DNA from: a virus
Taxonomy: Duplodnaviria > Caudoviricetes
Length of the DNA stretch: 52,210 nucleotides
Virus record (IMG/VR): IMGVR_UViG_3300021197_001105
Location: 1 to 52,210 of that record
Strand: one strand, 5' to 3'
Of the stretch, positions 29,301 to 37,347 are shown in pieces (position 1 is the first letter of the stretch; each line of letters opens with the position of its first letter). Under the pieces are notes generated by a model that saw only the letters and a list, made by a program, of their open reading frames with translations, made no database searches and was not told where the DNA came from. Made by a program: the position numbers and the translations under genes.

Positions 29301-30209
29301 TTTGAAGCTGACATGCAGAAGGGTCTCTTCTTCAAGTCACTCACCGACATAACAGGCAACGACGCATTCAGCAGCCAAGAGAACATTACAGACTTCATAC
29401 CTGTACCTCCGGTCATCGACTTGGGTTGGGACATGACTCGAGGTCTTACAACAGGTGAAAACGATCTAGTAGCTAACTCGATCTGGCGTATGGTTCCCGG
29501 TGGTATTGCTCTTTCAAGAACGGTTTCGAGCATAGGCGAAGGCATGGGCTTTGGCCGAGACAACCCGGTCGGCAAGTTTGGTCAATTCTTCCAGAGACGT
29601 TACGCTGCTTACGACAAGAGGACTCCTACTGGAGAGGTTCCGATATTCAAGGGAGACGGTACGTTCCTTGAGTTTCGTAATCCAATGCAGCTAATCATGC
29701 AGGGGGTGGGCCTGGACCTTAACAAGTCTCAGGTAAGGTCCGAAGAAACGGGATACTATGTTAAGCAGAGAGAAATGATTCTTGATTACAGGAGAGAAAT
29801 CATTACTCGGCTCATGGCTAACGACATATCTGGAGCCATGAGAAAGAAAGCGGAATACGAAAAACGTATGGGTATTCCATTCACGGTTACAAAGGGGCAG
29901 CTTCGCGGGTTCATGAGAAACAGAATGATCCCAAGGAACGAGAGGATCCTAGACAGAATTCCAAAGGAAGCTCGACCTATGTACGCAAGGTATGCTGCAA
30001 ATGACATGATCAACAAGGACGTTGATCCATCTGTATTCATTGACGCAGCATCTGCAACCGCCCGAGGAAAGGAGATGGGCAGACCAGAAACGTTTGACCT
30101 TCAACCTGAAGCGGTTAAGGAACTGAAAGCACTTATGGAAGGACAGAAAGAACAGGCTCACCAAAAGTCTATGTCCTTTACCCAGTTTGTACCTTATGGA
30201 TTTCAATGA
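26358..30209 (+). CDS. Large internal virion protein (T7 gp16-like position)
   Basis: 1283 aa, helical; LGFNPAAVVLNLTQ and QFLTFP segments are typical of large phage ejection proteins. Confidence 0.65.
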   Translation: MATEFQPTQFQPVSLYDLPTLAFSQLAEGEATRKGFLSGVSEATGIGNSTLTPNERESLLSEYKTSNGVDGISGALVDIATNPWVWLAFLTTPGGMSAIKAGVKGTSEGIFKVAPKFHTFVREEAPRLVGWNFLTANQAFRNTQLLPAMKEVATERANQLNYFNESITPATEKVIANLRSRGIKVTSLDPKKAPIKHRELLEDLDAAIHGRLSGMDRNVTRTVTKPELEVQDFEVEYVINGRQAKAVFNDVEDARARISVLEADSTVSGVRLVAPSRAPRVDFNTTAVQADAVMNPLIVDDILRQNGAEDLVTAYRSYYDETAKRMFLQDDLVEASDLSLREIMSDPNVAKEFIDEDKVVNLYRSNAQRGSEKSETLFSIRDDFSDDPGMRTIQEVMNLVGSDARMAFRTGEVSDVVKNVMANNLGNGFYHPKMYDNVNEMGSSLLKSANRTAGKQVRGEAQAIAAGQTMPRHKEYSSSIYSQEDLQVLRRMSGDDAELLENVNKLETRLTRAANSAKAEGTTATVSRLGVHDAAQFYSNNMANSYSLFIHGARRVGRGTSTPGVINYSDVWEETSKANKNSQKFYDDNPTSKTAGERNLYDPDSFGGTVVNHRQSLNELPIEKQPFKGQRGYYTFGDAINQVDGSVREASLRGIIKDTLVPQMLGRSNIANSTENMLVHQTALGAKSVSSLLKNIKLDKTELGKKVIGALDDFAEKPAYFVGAGQNGGIARYLYMTHLGFNPAAVVLNLTQPWLLGATYMGVGNTIKAYGQAMKEMGGYMSDRLAVGGLNIDDATKVALIRKNFSHADDLGIGPDVINTLDNTVLPTSPVSQGKTRMQKFSDLSLKLFEKGEWMNRLVTAHATDNLYKAAGKFVKTGPLAAQRRNNVREMIQETQFGADFLNTPFAFMGGGPLGQYLGRPEVRQFLTFPVRSVTGLLTTSKQINEGRRTVMGFDMPFGRTADFMRGMGISASLYYAGRNMFEADMQKGLFFKSLTDITGNDAFSSQENITDFIPVPPVIDLGWDMTRGLTTGENDLVANSIWRMVPGGIALSRTVSSIGEGMGFGRDNPVGKFGQFFQRRYAAYDKRTPTGEVPIFKGDGTFLEFRNPMQLIMQGVGLDLNKSQVRSEETGYYVKQREMILDYRREIITRLMANDISGAMRKKAEYEKRMGIPFTVTKGQLRGFMRNRMIPRNERILDRIPKEARPMYARYAANDMINKDVDPSVFIDAASATARGKEMGRPETFDLQPEAVKELKALMEGQKEQAHQKSMSFTQFVPYGFQ

Positions 30210-30973
30210 TGAACACAGCAACATTCGTGGCGGCATCGTGTATACACGTGCCTTACCACAGCGAAGAGGCAAAGGATTGGCTCCTCGCAAAACTGGAAGA
30301 AATTAAACCAACACACTTTGTTTTACTGGGGGATTTGTTTGACGCTGTTTCCGTATCTGTACACCCTAACGAATGCACGCACACACTAGAGGAAGAGTAT
30401 GAGGCTGGATCACAATACCTCGCTGACGTACGTAAAGCCTTACCAGCTGAGACCGAGTTGGTCTGGTGTCTGGGGAATCACGACGACAACATCCAGACCA
30501 AAGACCCACGACGTACCAAGTCGGGGCAAAGATCTCTACTGCATTGGAACAAGCACCGGGAGTTCGGGGACGAGTTCCTCAAATGGAAACAGATCCCGTA
30601 CGTAAAAGGTCCTCGAGGCGTATACCGCCTGGGTCCAGTTCGTTTCTTCCACGGGTTTGATGCGGGAATGAACTCGGATGAGATGGAGACTCTTCAGATG
30701 GTTCATGCCATCAAGGATCAGGCGTACTCTTTGTGGATCAGGGGACACACACACAGACCTACTCCATACGTGACACAGTGCCGTAGAACACAGAAGGTTC
30801 TGCTCCCGTGGTACTACGCTAATGCAGGAACACTGGGTCCATTGAAGCCTGACTACATGCACAGGAAAGACAGCGGTATGTGGGCTCACGCACTGGTACA
30901 GGGTGAGTGCAATCTTTCTTCTCCCAGAAGACCATCCGCTAAGGATTGGTCTGCATCTGTCGAACATTTTTAG
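30206..30973 (+). CDS. Calcineurin-like metallophosphoesterase
   Basis: Motifs SCIH (variant of DxH), GDLFD, GNHD, FFHG and GHTH. Confidence 0.88.
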   Translation: MMNTATFVAASCIHVPYHSEEAKDWLLAKLEEIKPTHFVLLGDLFDAVSVSVHPNECTHTLEEEYEAGSQYLADVRKALPAETELVWCLGNHDDNIQTKDPRRTKSGQRSLLHWNKHREFGDEFLKWKQIPYVKGPRGVYRLGPVRFFHGFDAGMNSDEMETLQMVHAIKDQAYSLWIRGHTHRPTPYVTQCRRTQKVLLPWYYANAGTLGPLKPDYMHRKDSGMWAHALVQGECNLSSPRRPSAKDWSASVEHF

Positions 30974-30982
30974 GGGCTGATT

Positions 30983-31258
30983 GTGACTAGGAAAACCAAG
31001 CCCTTTGACAAAGGCAATGCGAGCAAGTTCAAGCATGTCATGGTTGTCTGGCTAGACATCACAGGCAAAGACGATGCTTGGATGGATCTCTCTGAGGCCA
31101 AGACCATGAAGCCAAGCAAGATGATTACCAGCGGCTGGCTACTGAGGGAGTCTGACGATTACATTGTGGTGGCTTCGTCGATGGATATGGCGGAGGGGAT
31201 TGTAGGTAACATCAACGCGATTCCTCGATGCGTCATCGAAGCCATCAAGAAGATCTGA
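30983..31258 (+). CDS. Hypothetical phage protein (VxWxD...GWL type)
   Basis: GTG start; V.W.D, S.GWL and IPRC pattern seen in many phage ORFs. Confidence 0.7.
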   Translation: MTRKTKPFDKGNASKFKHVMVVWLDITGKDDAWMDLSEAKTMKPSKMITSGWLLRESDDYIVVASSMDMAEGIVGNINAIPRCVIEAIKKI

Positions 31259-31343
31259 TGCCGGGGATGCCGGGTCTACTATTACCTAATAATAGATAGG
31301 GTATACATATATAGTATGCTGAGAACCCGGCACGTCTGGCATC
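31257..31343. repeat. Origin-like element, copy 1: inverted iterons flanking an AT-rich core
   Basis: TGCCGGGGATGCCGGG...TATTACCTAATA...TATATAGT...CCCGGCACGTCTGGCA at the convergence of the two arms. Confidence 0.7.
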
Positions 31344-31584
31344 AGTCTTTAGGGTCTATCCATTTGTCGTATGGTTGCCCCATTAACCTGATTACCGTTA
31401 CACGGGTCGAGAAGCCAGTCTCACCCCATCTAGGAGCAGCAGTACCCCACCTCTCCTCTAGATGTCGGGACGCTCTAGCGGCCTCCTCGTCGCTCTCAAA
31501 GGGTCCATACACTGCAGGGTCCAGGGAGGGATGGCTCATGACCACTACCCAATTGCCACTCTTCTCTGGTTTACGTGACCCCAT
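31342..31584 (-). CDS. Hypothetical protein
   Basis: 80-aa ORF with a YGPFES..EA motif; last gene of the - arm. Confidence 0.6.
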   Translation of the reverse strand: MGSRKPEKSGNWVVVMSHPSLDPAVYGPFESDEEAARASRHLEERWGTAAPRWGETGFSTRVTVIRLMGQPYDKWIDPKD

Positions 31585-31597
31585 GCTGGTTCTACTT

Positions 31598-32074
31598 CTA
31601 TAGGCTTACCCACAGCTGCCAGTATTCTGACATCCGTAGGGAGGCTGGGACTCTTTTAGGGAGCAGCAAGTCATGAGGTATAACTGCCTCATCCATGAAC
31701 TTCTTGCTCATGTCAGCACAGATCATACTCAATTTTTGGCTGCAGCTGAACAGGATACCCATCGGCACTTTGCCTACGTACTCTAAGTGGTACGGTTGCT
31801 GCTCGTAGTTTTCGATGTCGGGCCTTGTGTTCCCCGCTTCCTTCTTGGTGGGGTCCCAAGCGAATACGAGCCACGGTTCGGGGCCCATCTGTCCGTTCTT
31901 CTGGTATAGGTAGAGATCGGCAGCCGCACGGGTTACCGCTCCCGGCGGCTGCTCTACTGCTTTGGTCCCGCGTCCGACACTGATCAGTCTGGGTCCACCT
32001 ATCTCCACGTCGAGCATGTGCCGAGGGAGCTTAATCAAAGCATGTAATGCGATCTCTACCGGTTGAGCAATCAA
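31598..32074 (-). CDS. Hypothetical protein
   Basis: 158-aa ORF with a TTG start and SD-like GGAAGGTG upstream. Confidence 0.6.
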   Translation of the reverse strand: MIAQPVEIALHALIKLPRHMLDVEIGGPRLISVGRGTKAVEQPPGAVTRAAADLYLYQKNGQMGPEPWLVFAWDPTKKEAGNTRPDIENYEQQPYHLEYVGKVPMGILFSCSQKLSMICADMSKKFMDEAVIPHDLLLPKRVPASLRMSEYWQLWVSL

Positions 32075-32080
32075 TTCAAA

Positions 32081-32213
32081 TGCACCTTCCTGGAATCGAA
32101 CCAGTACTCATAACGCCACGGGAATCAGCGCCACTAATTAGAGTAGGGTTATAAAGAGTATACGGGAATGAAAGGAGTTAAACTTTCCCACACCAACCTA
32201 TGGATAAAGGTGC
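32081..32213 (-). ncRNA. tRNA-like RNA (acceptor stem and T-arm, non-canonical interior, no encoded CCA)
   Basis: 5' GCACCTT-TA ... CTGG-TTCGATT-CCAG-G-AAGGTGC-A 3'; 133 nt; intergenic. Confidence 0.6.
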
Positions 32214-32253
32214 AAAAAGGTCCCCCTCACACCCGGGAAGAGTGGAGGGGGAC
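32214..32253 (-). terminator. Intrinsic terminator after the SSB-like gene
   Basis: GTCCCCCTC...GAGGGGGAC stem followed by CTTTTT on the - strand. Confidence 0.75.
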
Positions 32254-32270
32254 ACCAGCGGGGAATCTAA

Positions 32271-32798
32271 TCAGCCACCAATCAACGACTGGAGGAACTC
32301 TGTCTTGTAGGTGCGGCCACCTCGCTCATTGTAACGACAGTCAACTACCGCTACAACAGACTGATCTCCAGAAAGCATGGCAGAAATCTCTTCCATGTCC
32401 GATGAAAGGTCACCGGGCTCACGACTGAGGAGGGTCTTGATGTGGCCCTTGAGTCGCTGCATCTCGATGCGAGCACGGATCTGTGAACCTTCGTGCTGGA
32501 TAGCACTGGGGTTTTGTGGGATTGTGAACGGAGCACCACGCCACTCGAGTGGCTCGGCACGATCTGGATCTTCAACCAGCTGATAGCCGAACTGGATGCT
32601 GACCGCGTCGTGTTCCTGACCACCAGCTGCTTGTGCTTCCTTGAAGGTAGCGTTGTCGGTGACGGTCATGTTGAGTACGTAGCAGTTATGTGAGCCACGG
32701 TTTGGCCACTCGCCCAATGAGCCCAGACCTTGATCGGCTTGAACATCTTGGAATGACGATTGGAGGTTTGCGAAGATTGCTTTGGTTGCGTTTTGCAT
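32271..32798 (-). CDS. Putative single-stranded DNA-binding protein (DUF669-like OB fold)
   Basis: Directly downstream of the Sak4-like ATPase, the usual synteny; WP.RG.H.C.V beta pattern. Confidence 0.55.
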   Translation of the reverse strand: MQNATKAIFANLQSSFQDVQADQGLGSLGEWPNRGSHNCYVLNMTVTDNATFKEAQAAGGQEHDAVSIQFGYQLVEDPDRAEPLEWRGAPFTIPQNPSAIQHEGSQIRARIEMQRLKGHIKTLLSREPGDLSSDMEEISAMLSGDQSVVAVVDCRYNERGGRTYKTEFLQSLIGG

Positions 32799-32811
32799 TG
32801 TGAAACCCTTT

Positions 32812-33705
32812 CTACGATGCAGTTGAAGTGTATGCTTCCTCGAACACTGACCACGAATCAGTTGCTGGAAGCTCGAAACGGTCGGGCAACACTACCCGAC
32901 ATTTAGTAATACCTGCCAACTTCTCGTCGTTGACAGTTATAAAGTGAGTCTTCTTCTTCACGGACTTGGGACGCTTAGGTCCTGGTGATCCGTCCTTGTT
33001 CTTGAGCTGGACCATCTCGGTCTTGGTGACGATCTCTGCCTCGAAGGCTGCGACTAGCTCGAAGAGAGGGAACAGTCGCTTGTAGAAATTGTCGGTGATA
33101 GTCAGCTCGGGTCGGATGACGTAGCGGTCATCGCCTAGTGGGATCTTGGCATTGACCAAGTGACACACGTAGTAGAAACCGTAGCCATGCTGTCGGAGGT
33201 CAAGAGCAAATCGGAGCAGTTGCTCGTACACATCATCCCACGCACGACGGCCATCGAGTTCTTTCCAGTTCTCCTTGCCAGCCTTCTTGGTTACCCAATC
33301 CTTGACCAGTGCAAGGGCAGGACCCATGCTGTCGATGATCACAGTATCGGGTCGGTCAACACCAGACTTAGACATGGAGATCAATTGATCCTTCTTCTTG
33401 AGGATCGCATCCCACGTAAGTACTAGCGGGGAAGTACCAGAACCTGCAGGTTCGCAGGGCGTACCGTCTGCACTCATACCGGGCCAGATGCACGCCTTGG
33501 GTTCTTCGGTCGTGGTACTGGAGAGGTCGGTGTTGATGATGAAGGCGTTGGGGTTGGACTGAATGAAGCAGGACTTACCTACTCCAGGCATACCAACAAG
33601 CAAGCCGAATAGTTTACCGGGCGGAGCTACCATCTTGGTAGCAGAGAAGCCCAGACCAGAGAAGCGTTGAGATGCAGTTTTACCTGCCGCTAGTTCTTGT
33701 GCCAT
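32812..33705 (-). CDS. AAA ATPase, Sak4-like ssDNA-annealing protein (AAA_24)
   Basis: Walker A GMPGVGKS, Walker B VIIDS, YYVCH; flanked by an exonuclease and an SSB-like gene. Confidence 0.8.
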   Translation of the reverse strand: MAQELAAGKTASQRFSGLGFSATKMVAPPGKLFGLLVGMPGVGKSCFIQSNPNAFIINTDLSSTTTEEPKACIWPGMSADGTPCEPAGSGTSPLVLTWDAILKKKDQLISMSKSGVDRPDTVIIDSMGPALALVKDWVTKKAGKENWKELDGRRAWDDVYEQLLRFALDLRQHGYGFYYVCHLVNAKIPLGDDRYVIRPELTITDNFYKRLFPLFELVAAFEAEIVTKTEMVQLKNKDGSPGPKRPKSVKKKTHFITVNDEKLAGITKCRVVLPDRFELPATDSWSVFEEAYTSTAS

Positions 33706-33716
33706 GTTGCACTCCT

Positions 33717-34037
33717 TTACTCGTTGTCGAAGACCATCTCAAAGTCTTCATCGTTTGGTTCCCTCATAGGAGGAGGGGGTTGTCTCATGTGGTCTTGATC
33801 CATGTCTATGAAAGTAACGGATCTTTGCAAGACGATGTTGAGTTCCTTCATCCATGACTGGATGGTTCGGTCACCTGTATCGCACTTGTATTTATTCCTG
33901 AACTGATCGCAGAAGTCTGCGGTGTCCAAGAAGGATCCTTTGTTCTCATAGGCTAGGTCGATGATCTTGTTCTTAATTATCTTGTTAAGAATCTCATCTC
34001 GAAAAGCAAGTATGATTGGATCTTGTCTAGCTGGCAT
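33717..34037 (-). CDS. Hypothetical protein, possible winged HTH
   Basis: SD AAGGAG; DFCDQFRNKYKCDTGDRTIQSWMKELNI looks like an HTH. Confidence 0.6.
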   Translation of the reverse strand: MPARQDPIILAFRDEILNKIIKNKIIDLAYENKGSFLDTADFCDQFRNKYKCDTGDRTIQSWMKELNIVLQRSVTFIDMDQDHMRQPPPPMREPNDEDFEMVFDNE

Positions 34038-34095
34038 ATCTAACTCCTTATTTCACGGGAGGGGCGAGTAGCCGCCCCTCGCTAGAGGGGGGCGG

Positions 34096-35325
34096 CTACG
34101 ACGCCTCGCATGAAACCCCTACTTCTACATCATCTCTATCCTCAATCATGAACCCTTCGAGGTTGAGTATGCTCGGCCATTCGCTCGAGGAGGTGAGGTA
34201 GAACGGTGAGAAGGGACTCATCTTTCCAAACTGCATCAGGTAATTCGCAGACTTCGGAAAGCTTAGGGGGACAGGATCAACGGTTGCATAGTGATGCACA
34301 AGTCGAAGGCGACTACTGTACTCAGTGGTCCACCTTGTGTCAAGGGTCATGCGATCTGTTTTTGAGATATTTACAGGGGGGGCCGTATCTCGTTCAGCCT
34401 TCTTGTTCTCGTACTCACCGGTTCCGTCATACCAATCCTTACATCTCTTGATGTAGTTCTCGATCTTAGGTTCACCGAAGTAGGAACGACGTACTTCAAT
34501 TTGTCCTTTACGAGGACCGCGAGTTAGTTCGTGTTCTTTTTCGTCGAAGTCTCTGTCTTTCATCCCAAAGTCTATTGAAGGTTTCTGTACTGCAACGTGC
34601 ATCATACCACCCAACCTTGCGTCTCTCGGGATCTCGAACGGCTTTGTCAATGACTGCTCGTCCAACATCCACTTGAGTATGTGCATGTAGTGTTGAGTTT
34701 GGAATTCTATGGGACACGTCTGCAACCTTTCGATTGGGTTGTGTGCTGTTGTCTTGAGGTCAACGATCCACACTGAGTTCTGCTTTTCGTGGTAGAGCAG
34801 CATATCAAACTGTGCCAGGAGTCTACCAAGCTCAGGGTGTTTATACTCAGCTACGATCTCTGTCCCCAGCACACGCCAGAATGGTTTGTCGATGACAGAT
34901 GTAAACCTGTGCATAGATGCTTCGTACCAACCACAGGCACAGAGCATATCCTGGTACTCACGCTCCATGATGTTTTGTTTGCTCTCACCCTTGATACCTT
35001 TGGAGTTGCAGATCTGGTTGAGTTCAGATTCTCTGTGTTCGTATTCAATCTCCATCTTCCTCTTGGCTTCTGCCTTTGGAAGATCCCAGTATTCAAAGCG
35101 TTTGTGAAACCACGAACCTCGAGACAATGCTTCACTCCAGCGGAGTGCTTTGACAAGTCCGAGTCTTCGTGACAAGTAGTATTGGAATGGACAATGCAAC
35201 ACGGACTCGTAGTCCGACGACCTGATTGCAGGCTGTCGAGCTACAAGCCCGTGTGCTTCGAGCCATTCCTTAGAGTCTTTCCCGTCCGTTGTTGGCAGAG
35301 GGATAGGCTTAGTCTTGGGTGGCAT
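34096..35325 (-). CDS. PD-(D/E)XK (RecB-like) exonuclease
   Basis: CPFQYYL, GSWFH, TEIV, QFDML, IVDLKTT and QTQHY motifs; start MPPK after SD AAGGAG. Confidence 0.85.
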   Translation of the reverse strand: MPPKTKPIPLPTTDGKDSKEWLEAHGLVARQPAIRSSDYESVLHCPFQYYLSRRLGLVKALRWSEALSRGSWFHKRFEYWDLPKAEAKRKMEIEYEHRESELNQICNSKGIKGESKQNIMEREYQDMLCACGWYEASMHRFTSVIDKPFWRVLGTEIVAEYKHPELGRLLAQFDMLLYHEKQNSVWIVDLKTTAHNPIERLQTCPIEFQTQHYMHILKWMLDEQSLTKPFEIPRDARLGGMMHVAVQKPSIDFGMKDRDFDEKEHELTRGPRKGQIEVRRSYFGEPKIENYIKRCKDWYDGTGEYENKKAERDTAPPVNISKTDRMTLDTRWTTEYSSRLRLVHHYATVDPVPLSFPKSANYLMQFGKMSPFSPFYLTSSSEWPSILNLEGFMIEDRDDVEVGVSCEAS

Positions 35326-35345
35326 ATGTACTCCTTCCCGGGAGA

Positions 35346-35489
35346 TCACTTGTTGCAGCAATCACCTTTACCCAAAAGTTTCATGACGTGAGGTCGTCCC
35401 CAGATTCCTGCTGCGAAAGCGAGGACTCCAACGAGGAGGACGAACCAGAGTGTTCCGACGAAAGACGCCGAGTCTGCGAGGATAAACAT
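35346..35489 (-). CDS. 47-aa single-pass membrane protein (not in the ORF track)
   Basis: MFILADSASFVGTLWFVLLVGVLAFAAGIWGRPHVMKLLGKGDCCNK; SD GGAG; overlaps the 3' end of the lipoprotein gene. Confidence 0.65.
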   Translation of the reverse strand: MFILADSASFVGTLWFVLLVGVLAFAAGIWGRPHVMKLLGKGDCCNK

Positions 35490-35863
35490 TTCTGTTTTCT
35501 CCAGTTCAGGACATACCGGACTGCCCTGTACGTAATTGCAATTGAAAGGATTCCGGTCCCCACAATGAATGGGATGTAGATGTACGGAAGGTACTCCCTC
35601 ACCCCAATGTTCAACAATATCAATACGATGCCGATGAGTATAGCATTGAATGCTCGAAGGTTGGATGCCCCCGGTAGTAGAAGAACTATTACTCCTCCGA
35701 CTATGCAGATACCACCCACTGCCGAGAGGATGGATAGGTTGCTCACCGACTCCGGACTCAAAGTCTCTGTTAATTGGGGGACACCTGGGACTGCAGGAAT
35801 AGATTGTCTAGCGGGGAAACAAGAGGACAACAACAGCAGAGAAAGGATAAGGATTGTTCTCAT
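35381..35863 (-). CDS. Lipoprotein with three predicted transmembrane helices
   Basis: Signal peptide plus lipobox LSSC, then three hydrophobic segments. Confidence 0.7.
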   Translation of the reverse strand: MRTILILSLLLLSSCFPARQSIPAVPGVPQLTETLSPESVSNLSILSAVGGICIVGGVIVLLLPGASNLRAFNAILIGIVLILLNIGVREYLPYIYIPFIVGTGILSIAITYRAVRYVLNWRKQKCLSSQTRRLSSEHSGSSSSLESSLSQQESGDDLTS

Positions 35864-37344
35864 CAGAACCTGCTCCTATACCTGCCCCTTCTTCCACCTT
35901 CTGATCTTCTTCGCCTCATTCTGTCGTAACGACTTTCATAAGTAGGCTGGCCTCCTGCTGGTGCTTGTCTTTCTCCTCCGCCCATCATCATCGCATAGAA
36001 GTTGTCCATGGGACTCATAGGTGCAGGACCTCCCATGCCTTCTTCTGGTGGCGGCTCGACCATTCCACCACCACCCCGTGCTTTTTCAAATGCTTCTGCT
36101 CTTGCTTGTCGATCCATTCTAAGATTGTATATGCTTCTCTGCATTCGCTCTTGACCAGATCCTGGTTTTAGATACCTACCAGTACCAAGATGCTCGTCGA
36201 AGTTATCTTCTGTTATTTCATAAGGAGTGCTACTGTAGATAGGAAGACCCTTAAGATCTCCATCTTGATGGTATCCCGTTAACTCTATAGTGTCGGGACC
36301 TAGCTTATCTCCCCGGAAATGCCCGTAGCCGTACTTATTTCTATATTTCGAGGTCAAACGACGGTTCATTTTCCTAACAGTTTCACTGTTCTTTCTTCGG
36401 TATTTAGAACGTTCGTACCTAACTCTCTTGGCCTCATCTCGAACCTTTTGTTTTTCTGCGTATGCCTCTGCACGTTCAGCTCGTACCTGTTTATCTTCTT
36501 CCATCCTTCGACGTATTTCCGCACCGCCGTCAGAAGCATATGCCCTAACGTGATCATCATAGGTTCTTGTGTCGTTATAACCTGTGGGTGGGTAATAGGG
36601 GTAACCACCACCACCTTCTTCTGGAAGCGTGGGATCAGGAATTGGATTTGGTACGTCGTTGACAAATTCGCCACCGTCTTCACCGCTACCACCTGGCTTA
36701 CCCCCACTGAACTGCTGTCCGCCTCCTCCTCTTTTTGACCGACTCAAGTCCATCTCATCATCACGACCAGGATCGAAGAGAGGATGACCGGGACCAAATG
36801 GAATATCAGAGAAATCGTATGGGTCTTTAACAGGACCCCGTGTCCTAAGTCTTCTTCGTTCAGCTCTTTCCTGAGCTTTCATTCTAATTTGTTGTCTTCT
36901 TTGTATGCCTTGCTGCCTACGCTCTTGTCTTTTTTGCCTTCTCCGTTCTCTTCGCTCAGAGTTTTTTTGCCTAGTCTTTTCACGTTCGGCTTCAGTTACT
37001 ACGGGAGCGTTTTCTCTTGCTAGCTTGTTTTGTTTTGCTAGTTCAACTCTGTCTTGTTGACGTTTTTGATTAGCACGCTGTTGGTTCTGTTGACCATAAG
37101 CACCGCTAGTCAGGGTGTTACTCTGCATAGTTCTTTGGGGACTAGACCCAGGTCTTGCTCGTTTTGAACTTGCTCGTCTGGATCCAAAGGAGGGTGTTGA
37201 AGTTGGAGCTTGTTTAGACCCTCCCATGTCATACATGTCCAACATCTGTTGGACACTATCCGTAGGCTTATTTTTTCTAAGCTGAAGTGCACTTGGACCG
37301 TGCATTCTTTTATTCATACGACTGTTGTAGTTATATGTAGCCAT
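35863..37344 (-). CDS. Basic, low-complexity hypothetical protein (493 aa)
   Basis: Long R/Q/G-rich ORF coupled to the downstream gene. Confidence 0.7.
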   Translation of the reverse strand: MATYNYNSRMNKRMHGPSALQLRKNKPTDSVQQMLDMYDMGGSKQAPTSTPSFGSRRASSKRARPGSSPQRTMQSNTLTSGAYGQQNQQRANQKRQQDRVELAKQNKLARENAPVVTEAEREKTRQKNSERRERRRQKRQERRQQGIQRRQQIRMKAQERAERRRLRTRGPVKDPYDFSDIPFGPGHPLFDPGRDDEMDLSRSKRGGGGQQFSGGKPGGSGEDGGEFVNDVPNPIPDPTLPEEGGGGYPYYPPTGYNDTRTYDDHVRAYASDGGAEIRRRMEEDKQVRAERAEAYAEKQKVRDEAKRVRYERSKYRRKNSETVRKMNRRLTSKYRNKYGYGHFRGDKLGPDTIELTGYHQDGDLKGLPIYSSTPYEITEDNFDEHLGTGRYLKPGSGQERMQRSIYNLRMDRQARAEAFEKARGGGGMVEPPPEEGMGGPAPMSPMDNFYAMMMGGGERQAPAGGQPTYESRYDRMRRRRSEGGRRGRYRSRF

Positions 37345-37347
37345 GAG

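Noticed and set aside
31257-31343. CRISPR array or MITE/IS ends
   Set aside because: Only two short iteron pairs, with no repeat-spacer periodicity, target-site duplication or transposase.
32081-32213. Canonical tRNA gene, tmRNA or attP core
   Set aside because: There is no standard D arm or 7-nt anticodon loop on a 5-bp stem, no G3-U70 or tag ORF, and no integrase was recognised. Kept only as a tRNA-like RNA.
34035-34048. Identical AGGAGTTAGATATG before the 106-aa gene and the 66-aa gene (50745-50758)
   Set aside because: Mostly explained by SD plus ATG constraints; two copies are too few to call a regulatory motif.
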